DNA from: Bilabrum cf. latius
Taxonomy: Eukaryota
Length of the DNA: 64,000 nucleotides
Assembly: GCA_965178125.1 (NCBI GenBank)
Contig: OZ237735.1
Span: forward strand, 2,542,001-2,606,000
Reading direction: 5' to 3'
Position numbers and translations under genes: made by a program. The notes below the pieces were generated by a model. It worked only from the letters and a program-made list of their open reading frames with translations. It was not told the DNA's origin and did no database searches. Of this stretch, positions 45,281-57,643 are shown piece by piece; positions within the stretch are counted from its first letter, which is position 1, and every line of letters begins with the position of its first letter.

Positions 45281-47431
45281 TCATTTCCCACCACGATTCA
45301 GAGTCGCTCCCTTGCCTTCGAACCCGGCACGTCGACCGCCTGACGGGAGGCCACCCTGCGAGCAGTTGGAGCGAGGCAGATGCAGGATGCACGAGGTATA
45401 GCACATGCAGCAGCAGCGCAAAGCACACCAACAACTCCACAAAAAGCAAACTCCCTTCAAGCCACACGCACAGCGCCTGCCGCACACAAAACCCCGAGCT
45501 ACCAGAGATGCACCAAGCGGCAAGCGCGCAAGTACGAACAGATATGCCGTCCATGGTTTTTCCCAAGTGCAACCGGCCACTAGGACCCGCACAGAGAGCT
45601 GGAATATGAACGGTTGCCCGCTGTCCGTGCCAATCTATGCACGCGAACGCACTGGCGCACCTGCCCGCGGAAGGGCAAGCACTGGCGACGCGCGATAGTG
45701 TGTGGCAGCGGTGGAGCGGAGCACGCCCCCTCTCGAAAGAGGAGGCAGCTACACGCGCCGGAGCATCGATCTTCGACCTTTCGCTAGTGCTCGAGCCCCC
45801 TGGGGAACAGGGGAGCGCACCGTCTTCTAGACTCGCAGCCGGCTCCGCGCTGAGGCAGTGACGCCCCGCGCTGGAAACCGGTAGGTCGGTAGCTTGCACG
45901 CGCGCGCAACGCGCACGCGCAAGCACAAGCAAGCAAAATGCAAAACGCACAGCACGCAAGTCGGTTGAGCACCAAACAAAACCAGGCTCAACATCGGGGC
46001 AGGAAAACGAAATCGTCACTTCACGTGCGATGATATCTCTCACTTTCTTCGTGCTTCCAGATCCAGGCCGTTTGCCGCCTGCTGCTGATGCACCCGCGGG
46101 GCCTCCTCCCTTCCTGCCACCCTTTCCCTTGGGCGCCTTGATTCCCTTCTTGTGGTCGATCTGGCGCTGGAGGTTGGCTTCTCGTCGCGCCTGCCTGGCG
46201 GCCTGCTGCTGGTCCGAGGTGGCCTTGCGCTCGGCCCACGCCTCCGCGCTCTTCGCCTTGGACCTCTCCTTGCGTTTGAGGGCCTTGGCCAGCAGCTTCG
46301 GGTCGTCCTTGACCTTCTCGCCCGCGGCACGGCGCGCCGCGGCGTCCCACTTCTGGTCGTGCTCCATCTTGGCGCCCTCCTTCGTGCCCTGCAGCTCGGC
46401 CAGTTTGCTCTGGTTGGCCTTGGCGCGCTCCAGCAACGTGCCGAGGTCTCCGGACTTGCGCCTCTGTCGCGCGCGGCGCCTCATCTCGTCGTCGATGCCC
46501 CTCGCGCCGCCGCGCTTGGCAGTGAGCTCGCCAAAATCCAGCGAGCCGAGGTCGGCCGGGTCCGCGCTGGCAGAGGGCTTGGAACGCTTGCTTCCGTCCA
46601 GCCTCAGCTTCTTGGAGGCTGGCTGCGAACTAGTTTCGCCGGCGATTGCCTTGCCGCCGCCGCTGCCGCCAGGGCCGCCGTTGGCCGCCTTGGCGGAAGC
46701 AGCAGACGGCTTGGATGCGCCGCCAGTCGACTTCGCCTGCTTCTTTCGCTACCTGGCTGCTTCAGCGAGCGAAAGCTTGCCGTTGTCGCCCTTCTCTTTC
46801 TTCCTGTTCTTCTTGGAGCCGCCCCGCTTGCTTCGCATCGCCTCAATCTTTGCGCGCAATCGCACCTGGAGCTCAGCGTAAGTCGAGCCGCCGCTCGAGC
46901 GCGAAGACCCAGCCGCACCCTGCTCCCCATCGCCGTCGCTGCCTCCAGTCGAGCTTTTTGCGACTTCAGAATGAGGGCGCTTGCGGCCAATCGAAGACTT
47001 GCCGTCCGATTCGGGCTTTTTTTCGGATGCATCACCAGAGCTCGGCTTCCTCGCCTTCTTCGACTTCGGCTTTCCGATCGCAGCGGAATCCTGCGGGTTG
47101 AGGCAATGGGGGTCAAACAATTGCTGAATCATTAGTTATCGTTGCACAAAGTCAAACTGCATATGAGCGCTGGCACGGCTGTCAAGCAGGCCTGAACGCT
47201 CGTGTACCCTGATCTCACACTTGCATCGCTTGCATCTCTTCGGGAACTTGCAGCGTGGCTGCCTTGCTTTCCATAAACAATAGGATCTACAAGGAACGAA
47301 ACTGCGTCGAAGTACCGGCAATGCTCTACCAAGCGGCTTGCCAGGCGATTGTCCGCCCAGTCGTCGTCCTCAAGCGGACCGTGCGGCAAAACAATGCCGT
47401 CCCGGCCAAAATCGAGGACAGTCTGCTCCAT
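45281..47431 (-). CDS. SURF6: SURF6/Rrp14 nucleolar ribosome-biogenesis protein
   Basis: WDAAARRAAGEKVKDDPKLLAKALKRKERSKAKSAEAWAER is the SURF6 core. The terminal exon 45355-45281 encodes RRAGFEGK and ends in TGA. Introns ~47124-47217 and 45356-46043; TAG at 46749. Confidence 0.88.
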
Positions 47432-47634
47432 CACTGCCTAATACTATACAGGCTACACGCCTGACTCAAGCAAATTGCATCAATGCAACCGAATCGAGGG
47501 AGATATCTGAAAGAACAGGTGCTCCGATGAAAATACAGACTCCTGATTTTCAATTGTAACGAGCTGATACGTGTTGCGACCGGCTGTACGATGCTGCTTC
47601 GAAAGCTCCACGGGCAACCTGACCTGCTCCTTGC

Positions 47635-50600
47635 ATGGAAATGGGTGATCGAGGAGATGAAAGTGATGGGTCGGCAGCTGAGCGAGACCCGAAGCGGCCG
47701 CGCTATGAGAACTTGTATGGTGAGCGTGCTTGCCTGTCTTGCTGGAACGGCAACAGCAGTGGACTTGCAAACTGCCGCGCCTCCATTCCTACTGAAGTTC
47801 CCGATCAGGCAGCTGCGTACCCCTCCAGTCGTGTTACTTGTGTTTTTGTCTATTGTTCAGACCAAGCTTAGTGATCCAGGCTGGGCTCTTCCATCGCTAC
47901 CAAGAATTGTCCTCGCTGCTGCATGCGTCGTCACGAGGGACGTACCCGCCTTTCAAGTCTACTAGCTCTCTTGGCCACCGCAGGGTACGATCCTGAGTTA
48001 CCAACCATAAGTTCGGATTGGCGTTTGAACCCTGGAACGGGGCTGGGGACCAGCTGGCACCCCTCGCAGCCAGTGCGAAACCATTACGCAGATCTCAAAT
48101 CGGATCGGCGCGCAATTTTCGACATTTCATCGGGTGAATTACAAGCAATGGACTCACAGCTGGAAGCTGAAGAAGCGAGTGCGAAGCTGGCGGTCCTGTC
48201 GTTCATGGAGGGGCGCGGTGCCGCCGGGTCCCCCGCTTCACAAAGCGCCATTTCGGACGGCTCGCTGTCCCCTGCCACCGCCCAGCTAAATGAAGGCGTC
48301 GCAAGCCGAGTCGTGCAGCAAATCACGCAGCTGCTGCGCTCGCACGCCCCTGCGCTGCAGGCCCAGTCCGCAGTCGGCGTGATTCCTTCGGGCGAGGAGC
48401 ACCCCAGCCCCTCGCTCAGCCCCACCGCCGTAGGACAGGACTGGAGCACGTCGGGAGGTGAGGAATCTGCCGGAGGGTCCATGAGCGTACTGTCTCTGGC
48501 AGGAGCAGGAGCAGCGAGAGCGCAGTCAGCCTCTAAGCCCTCAAGGAAACAAGCACGCACGAGGGGCGCACGAGGACGAGGAGGAGGACGGGGAGGAGCG
48601 CCAGTGCCAGCGGGAGCACCCTCGGAAGCCGATCCGAACGAACCTTCGGGCGAGTTCTCTCCCGCACACACGCGCGCCCCTCCCGCGGCTCAGTACGCGG
48701 GCCCCCGAGATCCCCCCAGCGGGTACCAGGAAGCGCCCCACCAGACCAACGGCTCGATCGACTGGGCGGCGCTGGGCCTGGCGCACAGCATGGGCAGCGC
48801 GCCCCTGTTGCCGGATGCGGCGCGCAGGGGGGTGGGGGCGGCCAGCAGCGGCAGCAGCCTGACCTGCGAGGAGGAGGGCGGCGGAGCCGGCCTGGTTAGG
48901 CCAGGAGTGATCGAGACTGCGCAGGTAACGGAAGAGGAAGCTGCCTTCAAGGCACAGGCGCACAAGCGGCTGGCGGGGCTGGCGGGGGAGCGGCTGCTCC
49001 CGGGTGGCAGTGGGTACGTAGGCGGCGGTGGGGGGGGCGATTAGCTGGGTGGAGCTCCGTGGAGTGGCCAGAGGCAGGGGCAGGGGCAGGGGCAGGGGCA
49101 GGGGCAGCACAACGGCGGCATACTGGGCGGGGTGAAGCGGGGCAGGCACGTGAGCACAGACACGTACAACACGCAGAGAACCTTCACGAAGAAAGAGGCG
49201 GAGCGATAGTCGCAGGCGGCCAGGGCCCAGCTCGGGCTGGACGGTGGCGGAGGAGCGGACCGGGACCGTCCCTTGGGGTTCGAGAGGGGTGCAGGCAGGG
49301 GGCGCGGCCGTGGGGGCAGTGGCGGCGGGACGGGGGCCAGCGCGGGGCAAATGGAGTCTGTGGGCTCTCTGTCCTCGCAGCCCCCCCTAGGCCTGGATGG
49401 TGGTGAGGGGGGGGCGCCACAAGCTGGTACCCCGAGCGCGTACAGAGACGAAGGCAGATACGAGTCGAGGGGTGGTTTCTCTGGGTGGGCGGGTGGCGCG
49501 CAGAGGTAGAGCAGCGGCACTTGGGGCGACGGCTTTCTGCTGTCCGCGGGCAGCGAGCCGGGGGCTGGGCTGCGGAGCCGCAGCGAGACGGCGAGCGGAA
49601 GGGTGTACGGCGGCTGGGACATCGCGAGGGAGCGGCTAGCTGTCGACGGGGACTTCCACCCTGCCGCGGCCGCGTTCGGGGACCAGAAAGACGACATGTC
49701 CGTTGACTTTGGGCTGGTGGGGGATGCCGTGGGGGATGCGCTGGGTGGCGGGCGTGGTCGGCTGGACAGCGGCGGGCTGTCTTCCATTGATGGCGGGGCC
49801 AGCTCGCCGGGTGGTCGCTTCGGGCCGGGCGGGCGCGGGCGTCTGCACAGCGGCGCATCGGGGTTTATGCGCGGGACGAGAGAGAACAGCGCGGCCTCTG
49901 GGGTGAGCGGTGCTGGGCTCGGGCTGGGGACCGTGGGGGAGGAGGCGGAAGGCGCGGGCACACCGACGAGCGGGCCCGAGCTGCATCCCATCGGGGGCGG
50001 GGGAGGGGGGGGATAGAGACAGGGATAGGGACAGGGCCGGGATGGGGCCTTGGATAGGGCCAGGATGGCGAGTGTCCGGAGCGCCGACAGCACTGGATCG
50101 TTGGGCGGGCACCTGCAGCTACCGGAGAACGCCTCCGAGGCGCTGGCCACGGCGACAGAGGCGGTCCCCGGGTCCTTCATACCCCGCTCCTAGGCCGAGG
50201 CTCTGTCTTCCAATCCCCACGCAGGCGCGGGCGGGCAGGGGTAGGGGCAGGGGCAAGGGCAGGGACGGACGATCTCGGACGGTTCTGCTCTTGGCCTGGA
50301 TCGAGCTCGGGCGGGGAGCGAGGCCTCCACAGACTCGGCCGTGCTGCTGTCCAGGGGGGCTAGGGGGCGGCTGTCCAACACGTTCGGGTCTGGAGGCAGG
50401 CTGCTGTCGTCTGGAAGCGGAGGGGTCGCCCAGACGGCGGAGGGGCAGCGCGCCACCATCGTGGACTCGAGCAGCGGCTGGAGCGCGGTGCCGGGGACTC
50501 CGCTGGTACCGCTGACCCACGGCCTCCGAACGCACGCGGTGTCTTCGTCCTCGACCGTCGCTGCCGAGTTCAGCGCCGCCACCTCGGCATCTTCCGGGCA

Positions 50601-53142
50601 GCCCGCGCGCTCGGACGCCAGCACAGGGGGCCCGGCAGATGCAGAGGCGCAGAGAACCCTCCAGTAGCAGCAGCAGCGGCGCATGGTTGCCCTGCCCCCA
50701 GGCTACGTGTTGAAAGGGTTCAGTCCGAAGGGCCTGCCCATCATCGGGCCGGCACAGCCGCAGGAACAGGGTCAGGGGCAGGGACAGCTGCAGCTGCCGG
50801 CCGTGGGCTCATCGTCTCCGGCAGCAGCAGCGCTCCCCGGCACGCCACAGGCTGGAGGTGGCAGCGGCGGTGTGACGAGTGGTGTCGGTGGTGCATCCAC
50901 TCCGATCATCCCCGACGCAGCGAGGGCCGCGCTTCCTCCGAATCACCCGTAGTCCGTGCCCGTGCAGAGCCTCTTGCACCCGGGCCTGGGCCTGCAGCCG
51001 TTCAGCCTGGCCCAGATGCTCACGCACGGGCACCCCCACGGTCCCTACGGCCGCTGGACGGAGGACGAATTGGCCCAGACTGTCCCTGAGGAGGAGGAGT
51101 TCGGCGCTGGGGACGGCAGCGACAAGAGCAGCGATGAAGAAGGGGGCGGGGGCGGGGGCAGAAAGCGCGGGGGGCGCGCGGGGTCCAAGAGCGGCAGAGG
51201 AAGGGGGAGCGGCGGCGGGTCCTCCTCCAAGTCGGACGCGGATTCCAAGGAGCGCAAGAGGCTGAGGAAGAGGGAGGCGAGGAAGAGGATGGCCAAGCAG
51301 AGGAGGGAGAGGGAGATCGAGGCGGAGAGGCTGCGGCTGGAGCTGAGGGCGCTGCGGGCGCACCGGTTCGGGGCCAGGGTGGTGTCGCCTGCCGTGCTGC
51401 AAGCGGTGGACGGCCTCGTGAAGGGCGGCCGGGTGGCGGAGGAGGTGGTGGAGGCGGCGGCCGTGGACGGGCCACAGTACCTGCCGGGCCCGAGAGGCAC
51501 GCTGCTGAAGCGCGTGCCGGGGGCGGGCGGCCGCAGGAGCGCGTCTAGCGCGGGAGGGAGCGGTGCCAGTAGGAGGGGGGTAAGGAGGGGTGGGGGCAGG
51601 GGCGGCGGGGCCGGGCTCATGGACAGCGGAGAGGAGGGCGGCAATGACGCTGGCAGGGGGGTCCACGACAGCCAGCCCGGTGCCGGCGGTGCAGTGCGTG
51701 CCTCCCCTGATCGACCGAGCGCGGACTTGCAGTTCCTCGGCAGCGACGCAGAGCTCTTGCACCTGCTGTCCATCCACGGTCGGGCGAGGCCGCGGCACCT
51801 ACGGTCCAGCGCCACAGCGCCTATCGAGGACGCGGCCCCCGTGGACATCGGGCTGTCGGAGCTGGCGGCCGGGGCGCAGCCGACCGCCGCTGCCGCCGTC
51901 GCGTCTGTTCCCTCGGGATACGGGCTGGATCTGGGGATGGACGACCCCGTTGGCTTCCGGGTGGACGCGGGCGTCCAGCACGACCAGTTCGCGGCGGCCG
52001 CTGTGGTGGCGGACGGGCACGCACGGGACCCGAGCGCCGGCGGTGACCTCTCTCGGTCTGGCCTGCAAAGGATGGGCCCATCGGGGGCGGTGGAGCTGCC
52101 ACTCCGCGTGGACTTGGGGCGATTCGTGGCCGAGCCCATCGGGGACGTGACACCGAAGGAGCTTGAGGAGAGGAGGTGGGGCGGGTTCGAGCAGAGCCAG
52201 GAGGTGAGGGCGACGGCGGGCGCCGATGCCACTCCCCACGAGCGGGCGGGGGAGGTGAGGGCGAGCGTGACCGCGCTAAGGGCCACTTGCGTGTCGCTGC
52301 ACCGCAAGGTGAGGGAGCTGGGGTACCTCGTGTGCGCGGCAAGGAGCAGGGGCTCGGGGAACGCGACAGGTGCGGGGTCAGCGAGCGAGCACAAGCAGGA
52401 GGACGGCGGGTACAGCAGCAGCAGCGGCGGCGGAGCTACGACATCGAGGTAGGCCAAGCGGGAGCAGCTGATGCGAGAGCTGGCACAGGCCGTGCAGCTG
52501 ACGGAGCAGCAGCGGGCCACTCTGGAGAGCATGCAGGGGCGTGTGATGGCTACCAGGAACGAGCTCAAGCCGCTCTGCGGGACGTACCAGGCGCTGCGGG
52601 CGGAAGGGGTGCACGGGTTTAGGGGGGCCGAGGCGCTGCACGATCTATTACGATCTGTGCTGGAGCCTGAAAAGGCCAAGGCGCTGATGGCCTGGTTGTC
52701 GAGGGTGGAGGGGCGCGCCCTGAGCACCGACAGGCAGGGGCGGCCGCTGCCGTCGCACGCGAGGCTCGGGGGCAGGTCCTTCCGGCCTGATTTCGCACAG
52801 CTGGGACGCGCGCTGGATGACAGCGCGTACAGCAAGCTGCAGAAACGGGGAGGCGGGGTATCGGTGCGTTCCACGGTGGGCGAGCTGCTGGACCTGTCGA
52901 GGCGAAGGGGACGGCCTGGAGTGCTCGCCCGAGAAGCTGCAGAATCGCAGCTTGGCCGGGCGCTAGCTGCTATCTCCATGGATGAGCCGTATGGAAGGAT
53001 CGTTCCTATCTCTGTCGCGCAGCAGTTGGCTCGGGCGAGGTCAGGACAAGGCATTGGTGTCGGGGTTGGCGCCCCTGTCTCCGTAACTGGCGCTGCCGGC
53101 GGGCTGCGAATTTCGGCCCCATAGGCAAAAATGTAGTACTGA
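47635..53142 (+). CDS. Large Gly-rich protein with a basic/coiled-coil (bZIP-like) segment and a C-terminal helical domain; putative transcription factor
   Basis: Exon 1 from 47635, intron ~47721-47983, then one frame with about 11 TAGs to TGA 53140-53142. KERKRLRKREARKRMAKQRREREIEAERLRLELRALR; QLTEQQRATL...LRSVLEPEKAKALMAWL. The function is inferred. Confidence 0.55.
49075..49107 (+). repeat. (CAGGGG)5 coding repeat encoding QG dipeptides
   Basis: Seen directly. Confidence 0.9.
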
Positions 53143-53277
53143 TACTTTTGTTATGGCTATGATTCGTGTCCACGCATTTCTGGCGTAATGCTTGCTCCGA
53201 TACGGAAAAGAGCTGGTTTCAATACTCAATATGTTAGATTTCCAAGTGATTGTATATTATAATATATCTCCTTGGAT

Positions 53278-53396
53278 GTCTTCGTTCATATGTGATTGGA
53301 CCCGCCTGAGCCCTGCCGACCTCAGAAGCTAAGCAATCACCAGTCGGGCCAGTACTAGCGTGGGTGACCAGCTGGGAAGCCCCGATGATGAAGGCC
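53278..53396 (+). rRNA. 5S ribosomal RNA gene (solitary copy)
   Basis: About 119 nt. The 5' GTCTTCGTT pairs with the 3' GATGAAGGC (helix I, with G-U pairs). Internal promoter-like elements GAAGCTAAGC and AGTACTAGCGTGGGTGACC...GGGAA; followed by an oligo-T run. Confidence 0.88.
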
Positions 53397-53406
53397 TTCT
53401 TTTTTT
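53397..53406 (+). terminator. RNA polymerase III oligo-T terminator of the 5S gene
   Basis: TTCTTTTTTT immediately after the 5S 3' end. Confidence 0.8.
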
Positions 53407-53475
53407 CATCTACCAGAGTCTGACGTGCAGTAGACCGCTGCCTGTCCTTTCACTTTTTGCCATTGTTGATGCCGT

Positions 53476-56400
53476 ATGCGGTCTTCAGGTGGCCCCAGCA
53501 GAATGCTTGGTGCATCTCGAAACTGCCTGCTGCTGAATTCGACTGGGCGAGAGCTTTCAAGACTGTGCATCGGTCCAATGTCTCTTTGGCAATGCCAGGT
53601 GAAGCTGGCCCTTCTCTACAATAGAGATTCGTCTTGCAGCAGACGTGGACCTCGTGGTGAATCTAGACGGCTATTTCATTGTTCCTCGGATGTTGAAAGA
53701 GGCGGTACCGGGATTGCTGCGATGCTATTGCGAGTAGCAGGGGCAGCTGAGCCGGCGGAAAAGAAGCCTGCGAACGACATCACTGATGAAAGGATTTAGG
53801 ACGCCCACGAAATTATTGATGAGTCGTTAAGGGCTGGGAGATCCAGAGGCAACTATGGCACTGTCATTGCCTGCTGGAGTAGGCTTGATGCGCACAAACG
53901 CTAGCGATTCACCGAACTCATGTCTAAGCGCCGCTTGGCCAAACCAGATGCTTGGAAGCGGCCGCACTGGGTGATTATGTTATTGTGGTAGTCACTCAGG
54001 GGAGCCTACCTGGATGAAGGAATGTCAACGCTAGCCGCCAGGCGACCAGCCACCGTTGCCGCAGCCTTGTCGATTCCGACTGCCGAGTCTACGGTATCAC
54101 AGAATGTGTCCCCGCCGTCTGCATCAGAGCTCCACAAGTTCATGTGCTTATCATACGAGTACTATCGCTTGTCTGCCGGGCTGCCAAAGCCTGCAGTATC
54201 CCTGCGCAAGCAGCAGGTGACGGCAGCCATCGCCGGAATTGCTCACTCTCGAGGGGGCATGGTCGCCCTGGCAGAGGCGATGGCGCTAGACATGCACCGT
54301 CCAGACGAAGCTCTGCCTCAGATGATCCATGCTGCTGCCCAGCTCCGGAACCTGTCCTTGGCAGAGGCTCGAGACTGCCTGGACGAGAGGGACAGGATCC
54401 TGGCATCGGTGGAGCGGGGGATGCGAGTTGGAGGAGGGGCAGAACCAGAACCACAATGTACCGTGGACGCGCTCAGTGGGGATATTTTGATGCGAGAACC
54501 AGGAATACATAACACAAATCTGGGGCACCTGCTCGCCGCCGTAGCTTCAGGGGCAAGACAAGCGCGGGCCGCGGTCCACTACCGAGAGCAGGCACAGGCG
54601 CAAGCTGAGTGCGGGGTGCAGCAGGGGCTCGGGCAGGTCTGGCTGGAAGAAGAAGAAAAGAGCGCTGTTCCTGGCGACTGCGGTGCTGCAGCCGGTGCTG
54701 GTGACGATGGCGAGATGGGTTCAGAGCCAGGTGCTGTCCTACTCTCGGAATCAGACCGCATCCTGCAACAGCTCGGGGGCGCAGCTCCACTCGATGCCCC
54801 CGTGCTGGCAGCCGTGGCATCCAGGGTTCCGCTGGGGGTGGTGGGCGTGCGATCCAGCGAAGAGGAGCTGCTTGTGCTTGGCCTGCAGTCGCAGCACCTC
54901 CAGTCGGACTCTCCTGCGCTGTTGGCGCCAGCCCTCCGAGAAGCGAGGGAGGCTGCCATTGAGGCTTCGTCTGGTAGTAACATCGGCAGCGGCGCGCCAT
55001 GCACGGCCAAGCGAGAGGCTGCCCAGCTGGTGATGCTGTAGAGCCTCGCAGCGGCGTGGCGCGCACACATCGTTCTGTGCGTGGCTCAGCAGCACGCGAT
55101 CGAGGGAGAGCCACTGCCTCAACCGCCCTTGATCCCCCCAGCGGAGGAGGCCTCAGACGAGGCAAACATCCAGCACGCCTACCAGTGCCTAAGGCACGCC
55201 ACTGCTGCACTCGTCACGTCGGAGAGCCCACGCCAGGAGGACCTCGAGCAGCTGGTTCACCTCTGGTCCGACGTGGCAGCCGCCGCACGGCTGCTCACCG
55301 AAGGCACCGGCCCCTTGCTCGACCTGCACCACCGATCACAGGACGCCAGCACCGAGGGCGAGGGCGAGGGGTTCAAAGAGGTGCATGCCCACAGCGAAGA
55401 CGAGGTTGCGCTGCTTGGGGTGCTACGGAGGGGAGACGTCGCGGAGACCACCGAGTTCATGTCCCGCTCGGAGCTTTGGCCTGCCCCTGCCCCACCCGAG
55501 TGCACGCAACCCCTATTCCAGAGGGAGTCGGCCAGGTGGGCATGGGAGAGCCAGGTGCGGGCATTGGACGAGTCTACTGCGCTGCACGGCCTGTCTGGCC
55601 CGCTGCTGCACTGCGTGAACGCAGCGAAGCAAGCCAAGTAGGACTTCAGCCAAGTGTGCTCCATCGCGGCCACGGGAGCCATGACCACAGGCAACGACGC
55701 GGCCGCCGCTGCTCTCGCTCTCAGCGCCGGCCTGCAATTCTGGAGAACTCGGCAATCGAGCGGAGGCGGACATATAGACAACGTCCTGTCTATGCTGCAA
55801 AGCCAGCTGGGCGATGTGCTGGACGCCTTGGCGGACCAGAGGCAGGACCTTCTTGCGATGGAACTCGCCGCAACCGCGAGCCTTCTGGCGGGGTCAGGCC
55901 ACGGCCAGGGCCCGGGCGGGGAGGGCGCGGAAGAGCGCGGCGTCGACGAGTGCGCCGAGGTGTAGGTGTCGGCTCGCAAGGTTCTATCGCGCGCTGCTGA
56001 GCGCTATGGTGGTCACTGGGGACTAAAGCGCCTCGACGAGGAGGAGAGCATGCGGATCGGCCCTGAGGTACCCTTGCCGCAGATCACCCAGGCGGCGGCA
56101 CCGGCAGAACTCCGGTGCATCGGGTATGGCCAGGACTATCTGCTGCCGGTGCTGTTCTGCAAGAATCCCGCCAACTATTCCAAGCAGGCGAAGGCTGTGC
56201 TGCTTGGCATGTTTGGGATCAGCGGCGACCTGAATGCTCCGGATGCTGGGACCCCGGACCGCAGCTGGCTGTGCACGCCCGAAGCGCTGGACACCTCTAT
56301 CGGGGCGCTTTGCAAGGCACTGCGACCCGAGGCAGCCTACCAGCTCGTGCACCTGCTCAGGGGCCTCGTGGTTCCAAGGCCGGCTGCTCTGGTGGCTCTC

Positions 56401-57525
56401 GCGGCCTCGCTCGCTTCTGCCGGGCAAACAGATGCCGCGCTGATCGCTGCATCACAAGCACAGGCTCTTTGTTTCAGTGCCCTCTAGACGCACGACAAGC
56501 TCAAGTCGGGAGAGTGGTCAAAGTTCCACGCAGCTGCGCACCCTAGTGATATCCTCACCGAGGGTGCTGCAGACTCGAGCGTGCTTGCCCTCATCCGGAA
56601 CGGGGACAAGCCGGGCGACTACCAAGGGCCCTCTGTGCCTGGGCTGGGCCAGCTGCACGAGCCTGCGCTCCGTCGCGTGGGGGCTGCCGCCTGGCAGAGC
56701 CTGGCGGAGCAGCTGCCTGAGAGCACGAAGGTTGAACTCGGTCACGAGCTGCAGCGACTGCTGCCCGCTCGCGGACACGCGGACGCGCGCCACCGCTCCC
56801 TTGCGCTCGAGCTGCTTGCTAATAAAGTGCACCACGGGGGGCGTGCATCGGGCGGCACGGCGGAAGAAGAAGTCGATCGTTCTTCTGTGCAGCAAGGCAT
56901 GCTTGGCTCATCTATCAAGGCTCGATCATACGCTGGCATCAGCCTGGCTGTTTGCGGGGCCAGCGTGGTGCACCCTTGGCACCTGGAGCAGCAGTCGGTC
57001 TCACCAGACTGGGCGTCCAGCCTGCACCTGCCCAGGCAGGGCCACCACATCGCGCTGGACCATGAGTCCATGGCGGGCCGTGCCGTCGAGCTCGACGGCC
57101 CCGTTGCTCCGCGGCGCGATTCGGTTGCCGAGGCGAACGCTTCCTTCGCCCTCGGTCTTCGAGCCGTCGCCAGGCACTCGCTTCTGCCGGCCGTAGCGGC
57201 TCGAGCGCGAGCCGAGTCCCTGCAGCATGCGCCGAAAGTTTGGGCCGCGGCTCGGCACGAGGCCAACGGGGCCGTTGTGTCTCTGGCCACTCGGATGAAA
57301 GCGTCGCTGCATGGGCTGGTCAGGACAGACCACTCCCGCCAGAGGTCCAGGAAGAAGCTAGGCAAGAGGCGCGGCTCCAAACAGGGCGAGAGGGGGCACG
57401 CGAGCAAAGTGAAGAACCCTGAGGATTCGCAGTGCTCCAGCAGATCTGCGAGCGAGCCGACAAGTGGGTTGGGCGAGCCAAAGCAAGACTCCAAGCCATC
57501 TGTTCGAGTCGTGTTTCGGCAGTGA
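53476..57525 (+). CDS. Hypothetical Ala/Leu-rich alpha-helical protein (~1,350 aa), possibly mitochondrion-targeted
   Basis: Six ORF-track pieces in one frame joined by 7 TAGs; ends in TGA. The N-terminus is Arg/Ser/Leu-rich and poor in acidic residues. No family recognised. Confidence 0.65.
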
Positions 57526-57643
57526 GACAAATTTCGACGTTAACAGCCGGCACGAGGCAGTACGGCAAATGTCTTGGGAGCCCGCCAAGACCTGCTGGCT
57601 GCACGTCACGTGATTGGATTGGATCTGGAATCGCTCATTTGAC

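Noticed and set aside
44967-46043. C-terminal ~360 aa of the 505-aa minus ORF as part of SURF6
   Set aside because: A GTGAG donor at 46043 and a CGCAG acceptor at 45356 lead to the conserved RAGFEGK ending in another frame; the rest is intron read-through. No snoRNA box pair was evident in this 688-nt intron.
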